Below, piece by piece: positions 21,401-29,912 of a DNA stretch of 64,000 nucleotides; position 1 is the stretch's first letter, and every line of letters begins with the position of its first letter. The position numbers and the translations under genes are program-made. Location of the stretch: contig MNZB01000002.1 of assembly GCA_001873435.1 (NCBI GenBank), forward strand, positions 65,620 to 129,619, written 5' to 3'. Below the pieces are notes generated by a model that worked only from the letters and a program-made list of their open reading frames with translations, had not been told where the DNA came from and did no database searches. The DNA comes from Candidatus Pacebacteria bacterium CG2_30_36_39 (GTDB lineage Bacteria > Patescibacteriota > Microgenomatia > UBA1400 > PJMF01).

Positions 21401-22154
21401 TTTCAACGGCCTCATAGAAGGTACTGCAGCAGATACAGGATCTGGAATAGACCATGTCTTATTATCTATAAAACATGAACCATTCAATGATCCTGCCAGC
21501 ACCATGTATTGGAATGGCAGTAATTGGGTAGGTACATTGGTAACCTTCAAAGCTGAAGGCACAAATACTTGGAACTATCAGCTTCCAGAGACTCCAGAGG
21601 GTATTTATACAATCTCCTCTCATGCAGTAGACAAAGCAGGTAACACTGAAGACACCTATACCATCAAAGTAGTCTTTGATAAAACAATCCCCGAAGTTAC
21701 CGTGAACATAGATCCCAATCCTGCTGACGGAGATAACGGTTGGTATAGAACATTGCCAACTCTAAAATTATCTGCAACAGACAACTATGAACTGGGCAAA
21801 ATCGAATATCGTTGGAACAACAACTCATGGTCCACATATTCAGCTGCCATTGCACCTCCAACAGAAGGACAAAACATCCTTTACTACAGAGGCACCGATA
21901 AAGTTGGCAATGTCACCGAAACAGGAATTAAAGAAGTTAAGTATGACAAAACATCTCCAATAGACAGCGCTCTAAACATTAAGGTTGAAAATATCACTCT
22001 AGACTCAGCTATTGGCAAATGGGAAAAACCAACCAATAACTCTGATATTACCAGATATGTTCTCTCATGGAGACATGAATCAGGTGATAGCAGCGGAGTT
22101 GAAGTAGGTGCAGACGTCTTTAAACAAGAAATGAAAAATCTTTATAACGGATAA
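18465..22154 (+). CDS. giant secreted surface protein with tandem bacterial Ig-like domains (N-terminal 1229-aa part, ends at in-frame TAA)
   Basis: GTG start. Signal peptide (FLIFVQNLFPLSILFASPAYAQE). Recurrent domain-terminal DxAGN motifs (YDNAGNPGW, VDKAGNKSD, TDKAGNSKS, VDKAGNTED, TDKVGNVTE). Confidence 0.7.
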   Translation: MKSLFRKFNQKFFSIFYIFLIFVQNLFPLSILFASPAYAQESQVNIDVSSVKLFFNSNTNKLSFSVKADQNLDYVIEYSNGDINQAVQSMAQVADGVVKADVYLGSCSTTECSPDEFSSGKISFPSVGYEADFSYKNNQLWLIHNGLASIAKVSAGVTYVAPQNEQVKVTFIKLPAEAGSLSIREVELSEEQVSAIGAVSNVAYDISSSMENGSFAYDLKLPVPEGANDNAQVVYTEDLNDLNVSSVEESVVDNEVSVDGLDHFTVFVVVYNSTPSVTPETSYPSLGFQATQTSEFGDYVHLAGTARLLQKITVTMVTWAKFSDYTSDPRYNSSNWIHPITVNVYSSHLDENGIPDELLVTTTKSVTIPWRPAADPFCSDSRWKDSNGVCNNGFAFNAEFDLSGLNVILPDDVIVGIAYDTQSYGVSPIGVDGPYNSLNVAVPNNQSVNVGSDDNVNELFWNTSTKSWYTDGGAAGYKVFRKDDNWSPNGTVSFKIETLGDNTAPKIVVTSPIDESYAGVPTTISGTVSDLETGVASVSMHLYNKNTNTLIPGCTSLSATIDGGNWSLNINNGGTCNVSDGYYEVAAWAYDNAGNPGWASRTQFKIDSTAPSKPTGLKFLNSDGKYYQCGDISKRQVSVPMWDDNTESDFDHYEYSSFHPTGAQGLNETILYVPKLQNSWMPPTDGAYGFSVRSVDKAGNKSDWSLTGETLDGSCKIIYDSTSPEISIDLIKYPNGTTKTVFVTNYNTPVILGSLISPDIDSVVLNVNGHDYAANISSGWEATISDVLADGEYTMTVIATDKAGNSKSFEQKILIDTKAPTAKHTYYKDTKEITDPIAYGQFVNQFSFTGNYEDSDPSSGLYWDSFVIFQAQDNGTFAFSNNGKKSYCGWRKNPNLVNLSGTNFVLETPRSFSECTSELPDGEYYLAHHIYDSATRKDIPSINQFRDVLGLHFVIDTVKPTSAITSYELEDGGSVETTTFNGLIEGTAADTGSGIDHVLLSIKHEPFNDPASTMYWNGSNWVGTLVTFKAEGTNTWNYQLPETPEGIYTISSHAVDKAGNTEDTYTIKVVFDKTIPEVTVNIDPNPADGDNGWYRTLPTLKLSATDNYELGKIEYRWNNNSWSTYSAAIAPPTEGQNILYYRGTDKVGNVTETGIKEVKYDKTSPIDSALNIKVENITLDSAIGKWEKPTNNSDITRYVLSWRHESGDSSGVEVGADVFKQEMKNLYNG

Positions 22155-22175
22155 TGGACATTTGTTGTTAAAGCA

Positions 22176-22685
22176 ATGGATGCTGCTGGAAACTTCAAGG
22201 AGTCTTCTGTTAAATTCATCATTGACCCAGTAGCTAGTACTTCTACTACTACAGAAGGTCAGGTATTAGGTGAAACAACCGGAGGTGGTTCAGTAATAGC
22301 CTCATTACCAAGAGTGCCAGTCCAAGAGGAACTAGTAGTAAACGAAAAAGAAACTATTGAAGAAGAACAAAATCCAGCAGGACAAGTTCTTGGCGCAGAA
22401 GATGTTAATTGTAAATCTACTAACACCAACCTACCTTGGATATTACTTGGCTTACAATTTGTAGGCCTATTAATAGCAGAAGTAGTTCTCAAGGGACGCA
22501 AAGATAATCTTAGAAACATAGTAATAACTGGAATTTCTTTATTGCTAATCGGAACATTCTATGTTTTAAGAGATGCAGACTGTATAAAATCAGGCTTTAT
22601 TTTCAATTGGTTTGCTTTGCCAGTCGTAGCAACATCAATTGTTACTAGAATGCTAGGATATTTCTTTATTGAAGAAATTGAATAA
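22176..22685 (+). pseudogene. C-terminal continuation of the giant Ig-like surface protein (in frame with 18465..22154, separated by a single TAA at 22152-22154); contains the C-terminal 3-helix membrane anchor
   Basis: Same reading frame as the upstream ORF. The sequence right after the stop reads WTFVVKAMDAAGNFKE, i.e. another DxAGN domain end. Three hydrophobic helices at 22440-22680. Confidence 0.5.
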
Positions 22686-22689
22686 GTAA

Positions 22690-22731
22690 AAAAACCCGTG
22701 ATCTTTTAGTTAAGACCACGGGTTTTTTATT
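22690..22731. terminator. bidirectional intrinsic terminator between convergent genes
   Basis: Stem aacccgtgatctt / aagaccacgggtt (13 bp with 1 mismatch), loop ttagtt, flanked by an A-run on one side and a T-run on the other. Confidence 0.55.
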
Positions 22732-22751
22732 GCTTATTTCAATTATTTTTT

Positions 22752-23456
22752 TTACTTTACAGTATCTGGAATAGTACCAACCAAATGGACGCCACCTGGC
22801 TCAAGAGTTAGTTCTTGTACATCCAAATTAGTTACTTTACTCATTCTTCTTTCAATAACATCTGCAACAGCACTTGAAACTGGAGCTACCAATGACTCTG
22901 GTAGGGCAACTCTACCAATCTCTACAGTAGTTGGACTAAGAGTAACTTGATTGTTTTTAACATTGGCAACGCCAGTCATATAGAAAGGCAAATCTCCGGC
23001 AACATACTTAACATATGACTTGCCTTTTTCAATATCCTCATCACTATAATCGAGTTGTTTAGCTAGCATAATGGCGGTAGAAAGCTCTAAAATACCAGAA
23101 ACCTCCCCAGTACCATCATCATTTATTCTGACTTGAACATCTCTAATAGGGCTTTTGCTATATTGATTTTTCCAGTAGGCCAAAATAGAAGTAATTTCAG
23201 CACTACTAACTTTAATATCTAGCTTCTTACTACCCTCATATTCTGGTTCTCTATCAGCTGGAATTTTTCCATCAGGCAATTCATTTTTCATTTCATGGGC
23301 AATGTCAAATGCTGCAACTAAAGCTGGATCAGCTTTAATACCAAGATCTTTGGGTTTAGTAATCAAAGGAGAAATAAAGGGAACTACACCTATATATGAT
23401 AGGAAACCAATGATTAACACAAAAATTAATAACAAACTAAATAAAATTTTTTTCAT
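22752..23456 (-). CDS. hypothetical secreted/membrane-anchored protein
   Basis: 234 aa with N-terminal signal anchor MKKILFSLLLIFVLIIGFLSYIGVV. Confidence 0.45.
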   Translation of the reverse strand: MKKILFSLLLIFVLIIGFLSYIGVVPFISPLITKPKDLGIKADPALVAAFDIAHEMKNELPDGKIPADREPEYEGSKKLDIKVSSAEITSILAYWKNQYSKSPIRDVQVRINDDGTGEVSGILELSTAIMLAKQLDYSDEDIEKGKSYVKYVAGDLPFYMTGVANVKNNQVTLSPTTVEIGRVALPESLVAPVSSAVADVIERRMSKVTNLDVQELTLEPGGVHLVGTIPDTVK

Positions 23457-23579
23457 ATATTCTTTTATTAATACTAAATCCAGTATACAAGATTAATATT
23501 AAAAATATGTTTTTATAGTTATCTATTAATAAGACTCTCTTCATAGACAGCGAGAGAAGATGAGTTGTATTATTGATAT

Positions 23580-24278
23580 ATGGACAATTTACGTTCCCTA
23601 ATAGATTTTTTTGTAATCTCCCCTATATATGAAATACTTGGTTTTTTAGGACTAAGTTTTTTAGCAATTACACTAACAATTGCTGTTTTATTTAATAAGA
23701 AAAATAAAAATAAAAAGAAAAAGAATTTATTAGCCTTTGCTATTGTTTTTATAGCAGTCTTAATCGAGCTTTTTGCCATAGAACTAGTGATGCCTATTTT
23801 TGAGGCAATTAAATCATTAATTTTATTTGGTGAAATAAAGGTTGAAGCTGGAACATGGATTACTCAGTACCCAAGGCTATTTTCAACTAATTTACTTTAT
23901 CTTATTGTAGGCATTTGTTTATTAGCTGCAATTAAAATCGCCTTTAAAAAAGAAAAGAAAATATTTTTAAAATATTTTGTGCCACTGGCTCTCATTGTTT
24001 TTAGCCTTACCTTTATTTTCTTGGGTATCAAAGGGTTTATGGGAATGTACAAATCTAGTTATATAACTCAATCTAGTTTGTTATTGGAAAAATATGTTTC
24101 AGCCAATCGCAGTTCTGCGGCTAAATATCATTTGGTTTTGGATAATGCTGGAGCAAAAGAATATGTCTCTGTTGATTGGTTTACATACGTAGTTGTTGAG
24201 CCTGGAGAAAAGCTAGAGATAACAAGAAATGAAATGAGTAGGCAAATTAGTAAAGTAAGGGTCAAGCCAATTCAATGA
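23580..24278 (+). CDS. hypothetical polytopic membrane protein
   Basis: 232 aa, multiple TM helices, Lys-rich loop. Confidence 0.45.
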   Translation: MDNLRSLIDFFVISPIYEILGFLGLSFLAITLTIAVLFNKKNKNKKKKNLLAFAIVFIAVLIELFAIELVMPIFEAIKSLILFGEIKVEAGTWITQYPRLFSTNLLYLIVGICLLAAIKIAFKKEKKIFLKYFVPLALIVFSLTFIFLGIKGFMGMYKSSYITQSSLLLEKYVSANRSSAAKYHLVLDNAGAKEYVSVDWFTYVVVEPGEKLEITRNEMSRQISKVRVKPIQ

Positions 24279-24928
24279 AAAAGAAAAGTATTTTAAAAAA
24301 ACAAAACAACCTATTAATGGTTTTTGTTCTATTCTTAATTCTTATTTCTCCTTTGTTTTTGTTCCCTAAAAATCCTAAGATTATTTCTTTAAAGAAAGAT
24401 CTTGAGTTGCGCTATCTACTAGCTATCGGGAAGTATGAGACATGTGAAATAGAGCAATTGAATCTTGAGTTTTCATGTCCCAGCTATGTTTCAATTGAAT
24501 ATTGGCCAGATCTATATTCTTCTGAGTGGGTTACGGTGAGAAACAAGTCTATTGGCACAGATAAGCTTGCTGAAAAAGATCTTTATGCAACTGGCTTCTT
24601 TTTTTCTCGTCGAGAACTACCCAGTTATGTTCCGAGCGGAACAGAAACAGCAGAATATTTTTCTCTTGAAGAGAAAGAGGAGGCTAGGAAGGTTAAGGCC
24701 GGTTCTTTGCCAACCACTGGGCTTGGTATTCCCAAAGTAGTGACTTCTGAGCCAGCTGAGTTCCCAGCTTGGACAGGAGAGGTTAGTACTAGGATTATTG
24801 ACTTTCCATTGGCCTATTACAATGTTAAAGACAACTATTTGTATGGTTTAGAGATTAATGAGGAGTCTGGTTTTACTGCTAAGGAGTTGGAGATTATGTT
24901 TTCAACTTTGAGGTGGGCTAATGAATAG
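24275..24928 (+). CDS. hypothetical secreted protein
   Basis: 217 aa. Start overlaps the upstream stop. N-terminal hydrophobic segment. Confidence 0.45.
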   Translation: MKKKSILKKQNNLLMVFVLFLILISPLFLFPKNPKIISLKKDLELRYLLAIGKYETCEIEQLNLEFSCPSYVSIEYWPDLYSSEWVTVRNKSIGTDKLAEKDLYATGFFFSRRELPSYVPSGTETAEYFSLEEKEEARKVKAGSLPTTGLGIPKVVTSEPAEFPAWTGEVSTRIIDFPLAYYNVKDNYLYGLEINEESGFTAKELEIMFSTLRWANE

Positions 24929-25089
24929 ACTATATATCCTATAACATTGACTATATTGATATATTTTGTTATACTAACTGCCGTTTTAATCACTCTATAA
25001 ATGCTTTTGCAGTGTTTGTTTAGAGTTTTTAAAATATTTTTTTATAGTTCGTTAACATGAGAATTGCTTTTGTTGTCATTTATTGAAAT

Positions 25090-25139
25090 TTGGATGGTCA
25101 AAATTTGGAGAAAACTTTCTTTAGATTTTGACCATCCAA
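25090..25139. promoter_or_regulatory. perfect 15-bp inverted repeat (ttggatggtcaaaat / attttgaccatccaa, 20-nt spacer) ~40 bp upstream of ORF 25179..25466
   Basis: Read directly. Candidate operator or stem-loop. Confidence 0.3.
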
Positions 25140-25178
25140 CATCTCCTTTATGGAGAAATATATTTCACGAGGTGAATC

Positions 25179-25466
25179 ATGCAAGGCAAATACCACAATG
25201 ATCCAAATGCTGTTCATTTGGCAGATTTCTACCATCAATTGATTGCTAGCGTAAATTCTGTGAGTGCTTTAGTGGCTAAGGTCACTGAGATGCTCAATAA
25301 TCCTGACTCGACAGACTATGTCGAGCCTGGTACACATACAAAGTGTGCTTGTGATGAAGATCTACGAGATCATCTTCAGGATATTCTTGATAATCCAGAA
25401 TTTGCAAAAGATGTTTTCAATGGTGATGTCGTTGATTTCTGCCCAAGAATGCAGAACTTTTGGTAA
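25179..25466 (+). CDS. hypothetical protein
   Basis: 95-aa ORF. Confidence 0.4.
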   Translation: MQGKYHNDPNAVHLADFYHQLIASVNSVSALVAKVTEMLNNPDSTDYVEPGTHTKCACDEDLRDHLQDILDNPEFAKDVFNGDVVDFCPRMQNFW

Positions 25467-25482
25467 ATCAATAACGCTATAT

Positions 25483-25516
25483 ATGTTTGGCGCATTAAAA
25501 ATGCGCCAAACATTAT
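25483..25516. terminator. bidirectional terminator hairpin between convergent ORFs
   Basis: Stem tgtttggcgca / tgcgccaaaca (11 bp), loop ttaaaaa, followed by T-rich tract. Confidence 0.5.
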
Positions 25517-25568
25517 TAGCAATAACTTCTCATGTTAACGATTTCTTAATTTAAAAATTGATTCTGAA

Positions 25569-25796
25569 CTAATCCTTTTTTTTGGCTGCTTCTTCAGCTG
25601 CTTCTCTGGCTATTCTGACAAGGTTTAGGCCATTTTTTAGGGCTTGAGCAATAAAAGAGTCAGTATTTAGATCATCGATTAATTCATCTTTTTGATATGT
25701 TTTTCTTCTTGAAAATTTTGCAGCCCAATTTTGTCTTTTTCTTATGTCTGCAGCTTGAGATTCATCTCTTTTTCTATCTGTTTCGTTCATATTCAT
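25569..25796 (-). CDS. small hypothetical basic protein
   Basis: 75-aa ORF. Confidence 0.35.
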   Translation of the reverse strand: MNMNETDRKRDESQAADIRKRQNWAAKFSRRKTYQKDELIDDLNTDSFIAQALKNGLNLVRIAREAAEEAAKKKD

Positions 25797-25855
25797 ATTT
25801 TAACATTTTGTTGAAAATAGGGTATTTATTTTAATGTTAGCTAGTAAAATCATGA

Positions 25856-26131
25856 TTGTTTGAATGTATAATTTTAATAATGAAAAAAAGAGTTTTATCT
25901 TTAGATTTGGCTAGAGTTTTATCTATTTTAGGTGTAGTTGCGATTCATGCTGAAAATATTACTTCTTCAAAAACAAATTATTTAGGTGGAATTTCTTGGT
26001 GGTTTGTCAATACAGTTCATTCTTTGGTTGCTGTAAGTGTTCCTTTATTTGTCATGATTTCTGGAACACTATTGTTAAATAAGAAAGATTTATCTAATAA
26101 TTATGTTTTTAGCAAAATAAAAAATATTTAA
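25856..26131 (+). pseudogene. acyltransferase-3 family N-terminal fragment (truncated remnant)
   Basis: LSLDLARVLSILGVVAIHA... matches the first two TM helices of OatA-like acyltransferase_3 proteins. At 91 aa the ORF is far shorter than that family. Confidence 0.45.
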
Positions 26132-26185
26132 TGTTTTATTTGGAATAAGAAAAGAATAATTTTTTTTATTTGTTAACTTAGTGTG

Positions 26186-27001
26186 TCATATACACTGTAA
26201 GTATTCGAGAGCTCCATCTGTATATTTTTTTGAAGTTGTAAAAACTGGGTAAAGCGCATTCAAATAATGTTTGCTCTCACCAACAAAAACAAATTCAGTC
26301 ATTAGACCTTTTTCTGAAAAAAAATCGCTCATCTGCATGTCAGAAACAGAATCTCCAAAACAAATTATTTTTAATTGGTTTTTTAAAATGAAATGATGCT
26401 CATTAAGCCACTTATAAATTTTGAATGCTCCAAGCTTTTTATCAAAGTTTTGCGGTTTAATATCGATAGCAATGGTAGACGATGAGGGTCTTATGTGAAT
26501 AGATGGATAATAATTCTTTAAGATGATATCTATCGTTGCCTTTAGTTTGCTTTGCTCCAACCTATATTTTTCCAAAGGAAACCCCTTCATCATTTCTATG
26601 GTAAGAATAGCTTTCTTACTCTGATCGACAAACATTGAGTCATGGTAAATGCAATCAACAATACTTTGAACAGTATTTTTTAATTGTATTGGAATAATAT
26701 TATTTTCTGTGATTTTTGAGGTATAGTTGCCATCTTGATCTGTTTTTAATATAACAGCTCCCATTTCACAGACACAAAAAAACATTTTTTTTGATAGTTT
26801 CTTATCAATATATTTGCAGATGTTTTTAATAACCCAATCTGATGATCTGCCTGTATTCAACAAAACTGGAATATTATTACTAAGTCTCTTATTAAGAAAG
26901 GAGAAAATTGCTGGATTATCTACTTTTTTGGAGATAGGATCAGTTAATACTCCATCTATGTCGAATACCCAAAGATTGTTTTTCTGTGTTGATCTAATCA
27001 T
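26186..27001 (-). CDS. HAD-superfamily hydrolase (Cof/IIB-like phosphatase)
   Basis: Motif I FDIDGVLTD, motif II LNTGRS, motif IV GDSVSD. Confidence 0.7.
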   Translation of the reverse strand: MIRSTQKNNLWVFDIDGVLTDPISKKVDNPAIFSFLNKRLSNNIPVLLNTGRSSDWVIKNICKYIDKKLSKKMFFCVCEMGAVILKTDQDGNYTSKITENNIIPIQLKNTVQSIVDCIYHDSMFVDQSKKAILTIEMMKGFPLEKYRLEQSKLKATIDIILKNYYPSIHIRPSSSTIAIDIKPQNFDKKLGAFKIYKWLNEHHFILKNQLKIICFGDSVSDMQMSDFFSEKGLMTEFVFVGESKHYLNALYPVFTTSKKYTDGALEYLQCI

Positions 27002-27005
27002 TTTA

Positions 27006-27114
27006 CTTGTGACCTTAGGCCTTCCACATCAGAACCAGGTTATTTTAGACCTGGTAAAGCTATTCAATACATTCCTACCAGATATAAAACAATTGGGCTT
27101 ATTACTCAGTAAGG
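27006..27114 (+). repeat. structured ~110-bp repeat, copy A (conserved 24-bp core attactcagtaaggggatttgaac at 27091..27114; internal hairpin ccaggt/acctgg)
   Basis: Aligns ~75% with copy B over its whole length. The two copies share blocks tgtgacc, ttccacat, taccagatat and the identical 24-bp core. The hairpin arms differ between copies but stay complementary. Confidence 0.5.
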
Positions 27115-27138
27115 GGATTTGAACTATCAAACTAGATT

Positions 27139-27366
27139 TTATTCTGTTTTCTCTGATTTTCTGTAAGCTGCAAGAGAGTCATTTTCTTTTGCTCTATCTA
27201 AAAGCATTCCAATGGTGTCTTTAATTTGAGCTAGTATTTCTTCATCTGAATAACCTTGTAGATTTTCATTTCTAGCTAATGATGCTAAAAGATCACTCAT
27301 GGGTTTTAATGCTTCTCCTCCAATCAACATTCTTAATTTTCTTTCTCTATCGCTCATTATTTCCAT
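27139..27366 (-). CDS. small hypothetical protein flanked by the repeat copies
   Basis: 75-aa ORF. Confidence 0.35.
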   Translation of the reverse strand: MEIMSDRERKLRMLIGGEALKPMSDLLASLARNENLQGYSDEEILAQIKDTIGMLLDRAKENDSLAAYRKSEKTE

Positions 27367-27495
27367 GATGGCTTATGTCCTTTATTTTATTTGTACATAT
27401 TAAATGTATCATAAATTGTTTTTTTTATGAACATTATTAGTAATTTGAGGGGAGTATATTTTTATCTATTTAATAATAGATGTCTATATTTATAT

Positions 27496-27623
27496 ATGGG
27501 TAAATTGTGACCCTTCGTGTTCCACATACGAACGAGATCATTGGTGATCTAGTGGACTTATTTAATACCTTTATACCAGATATGAGACAACTCGGTTTAA
27601 TTACTCAGTAAGGGGATTTGAAC
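27496..27623 (+). repeat. structured repeat, copy B (core at 27600..27623; hairpin gatca/tgatc)
   Basis: See copy A. Lies immediately 3' of minus-strand ORF 27640..28173. Confidence 0.5.
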
Positions 27624-27639
27624 GGTGTGGAGTTGTTAA

Positions 27640-28173
27640 TTATTTGTTTTTTCCAATCACTACTTTTGGAGAGAATGTTATTTTTTGTCTTATTTGACCC
27701 TCATGAGTTTCTTTTGGACAAATTTTTATATCAAAGGATTTTTTAAAAACAAGATTGCATATTTCAAAATGATCTCTTAATTCTGAACAAACATTTTCGT
27801 ATTCTATTACTCCATTGATGAAATTATGTAAAACTTCATTTCTTTTATTCCAATAGTTTTTTATTTTTCTTGATTCACTTGTGGTGAATATTTCAACTTG
27901 CCTTGTATAGTTAGCTAGTTCTATAACATCCTTTTCTTTTTTTAGAATTTTTCTTATTTTATTTTTCTTAGTTTTTTGTTGCTCAAGATACATTTCAATG
28001 GTTATTGATAAATAGTATTTAAGAATATTAATAGATAGAGATAGTGCTTCTATGCAGTAACCATTTTTACGTGCTTTATTAAATTTTTCTACAGTCTCCC
28101 AAGCTTTAGGAAATCTTGAGTTTGAAATTTCTAATCCTTTTACTTCAGTTGGTACAGGTAAGACTTTTATCAT
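27640..28173 (-). CDS. hypothetical protein (very AT-rich)
   Basis: 177-aa ORF. Confidence 0.35.
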   Translation of the reverse strand: MIKVLPVPTEVKGLEISNSRFPKAWETVEKFNKARKNGYCIEALSLSINILKYYLSITIEMYLEQQKTKKNKIRKILKKEKDVIELANYTRQVEIFTTSESRKIKNYWNKRNEVLHNFINGVIEYENVCSELRDHFEICNLVFKKSFDIKICPKETHEGQIRQKITFSPKVVIGKNK

Positions 28174-28280
28174 TAATTTACTATATCAGTCTTAATAACT
28201 TGTACTCAAATCTAGTTATTGTGAACATTTAACTAGTATATAATTTATTTTTAGATATTTTTTAAAATTAAAGGAAAAAT

Positions 28281-28511
28281 ATGTTTATCCCTGGATGGAT
28301 TTTGGTCGTTTTTATTTTTATTTTAATAGATTATTTTCTTCAAAAAAGAAATGTTTCAATTCTTGAAAAAGAAAGAGATTCTTTAATGATGAAGCTATCT
28401 CCATACTTGATAAAAGAAGAGAGAGAGAAAGCAGATAAAGAACTGTTTGCTATGGAAGAAGAAATGTTTAAAGATGTTAAAAATAGTAAAACTAAAAAAA
28501 AGAAAAAATGA
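28281..28511 (+). CDS. small hypothetical membrane protein
   Basis: 76 aa, N-terminal TM helix. Very AT-rich. Confidence 0.3.
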   Translation: MFIPGWILVVFIFILIDYFLQKRNVSILEKERDSLMMKLSPYLIKEEREKADKELFAMEEEMFKDVKNSKTKKKKK

Positions 28512-28891
28512 TTGCTAATTTTTTAAGACAAGTTAAAAATAAAATATTATTATTATTTTATAATTTATTGGAGTTTTTTGATAAGTCTCCTTTACAGAAA
28601 AATAACGAAGATATTGAAAAATATCTTTTTAGGATAGATAAAAAATATGCACTTAGATATTTAAATTTTTGGATTTCACTTATGCCTGATTATAATTCAT
28701 CTATTCTATCTGATTTAATTGAGAAAGAAAAAAACGAAGATAAAAAAGAATTATTTAATATGATGTTGGATGCTGAAGCAAAAAAAATAAAACTAATTAT
28801 TCTTAAAAAGAAAATCTTAGAAAAAAAACTTACATCTGTGGAAAAAAAAGCCCTAATAACAATTAAAAAAAGATTCGAAACAAGAAACTAA
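28508..28891 (+). CDS. hypothetical Lys/Glu-rich protein
   Basis: 127-aa ORF overlapping the previous stop. Confidence 0.3.
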   Translation: MIANFLRQVKNKILLLFYNLLEFFDKSPLQKNNEDIEKYLFRIDKKYALRYLNFWISLMPDYNSSILSDLIEKEKNEDKKELFNMMLDAEAKKIKLIILKKKILEKKLTSVEKKALITIKKRFETRN

Positions 28892-29012
28892 TTCAATCAT
28901 TGGAAGAAGAAAATGGCAATATTGTGACCCTAGTGACGCGTGGTTTGAACCGCTTTTAGCTCATTTTGAGCAACTCCGCCAGATGTACGAGACATCAGAA
29001 CAGGAGGAAAGC

Positions 29013-29454
29013 GATGTTTAAGTCTACCTTATTTGACGAGTCAACTTTCTACAAGCAGTTTACCACGGATTTACTCAAGGCCAAACAAGAAGTAGTGATC
29101 GAGAGTCCATTTATCACTACTAAAAGAATGAATCAGCTAGCACCTATCTTTAGTAAGCTGGTTAGACGTGGAGTTAGAGTCTACGTCATCACCAGAGACC
29201 CTAGAGAACATCGAGAGCCTTACAAAGAGCAGTCGGAGCATGAGATACAGCACTTTGAACAAATTGGGGTGCAGGCGCTAATCTGCCAGGGCAATCATCA
29301 TCGCAAGTTAGCGATAATTGACAGAAAGATTCTTTGGGAAGGCAGTCTTAATATACTATCTCAGATTAAAAGCAGGGAAATTATGCGCCGCTTTGATGGC
29401 GGCGGCTTCGCCGTGGAGATGTTTAATTTTTTGAAACTCGAGAGATTTATATAA
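29013..29454 (+). CDS. PLD-superfamily single-HKD nuclease (Nuc/NucT-like); ORF opens at 28966 but SD-supported start is 29013
   Basis: HKD motif HHRKLAIIDRKILWEGSLN (HxKx4Dx6GSxN). AGGAGGAAAGCG-ATG at 29013. GC clearly higher than surrounding DNA. Confidence 0.7.
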
Positions 29455-29489
29455 ATTATGGTAGACTACCACTATCAATAAAGGAAAAT

Positions 29490-29699
29490 ATGACAAAACA
29501 ACCAATAGAAGCAGAAATCCAAAAAGTACTTAAGATGCTTGAGGAATCAGATCCAGCTAATGCTACTCGTGAGAATGCTATCAAAGTTATTGAAGGTATG
29601 AAAACAATGGCAAGTGGAGTGATCGACAAGATTGATGATGATCTAAAAACAGGTAAAGTAAAAGTTTCTGATGATGGCAAAGTTACTCGAAAAGGTTAG
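29490..29699 (+). CDS. small hypothetical acidic protein
   Basis: 69-aa ORF with SD AAAGGAAAATATG. Confidence 0.3.
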   Translation: MTKQPIEAEIQKVLKMLEESDPANATRENAIKVIEGMKTMASGVIDKIDDDLKTGKVKVSDDGKVTRKG

Positions 29700-29906
29700 T
29701 TAAAAAGGTAAGACTTCAGACGATTTAATTCCAAGAGCTTTGACTATTTTCTCTAGTGCTTCGTAAGAAGGATTTTCTCCACCACGCTCAATACGAGCAT
29801 AGTAGTTAACATGCATCTTGGCTTTATCAGCTATCTGTTGCTGGGTTAGTCCAGTCTTGTTACGAGCTGACTTAATGTTTTGGCCGAATTGTTGTTGTGA
29901 TCCCAT
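29700..29906 (-). CDS. XRE-family helix-turn-helix transcriptional regulator
   Basis: 68 aa. GQNIKSARNKTGLTQQQIADKAKMHVNYYARIERG is a classic Cro/CI HTH. Start 6 nt after the TIR gene stop. Confidence 0.8.
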   Translation of the reverse strand: MGSQQQFGQNIKSARNKTGLTQQQIADKAKMHVNYYARIERGGENPSYEALEKIVKALGIKSSEVLPF

Positions 29907-29912
29907 ATTTAT

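Noticed and set aside
27091-27623. Reading the conserved core ggggatttgaac as the 3' T-arm of a tRNA (possible tRNA-derived att duplications)
   Set aside because: Tried to fold both strands. No 5-bp T-stem complementary to the flanks and no acceptor stem. Only 10/12 similarity to the tRNA-Glu T-arm. Kept as a repeat of unknown function.
27006-27623. Integron attC interpretation of the repeats
   Set aside because: Ends do not match the RYYYAAC / GTTRRRY core and inverse-core consensus, and no intI-type tyrosine recombinase is present.
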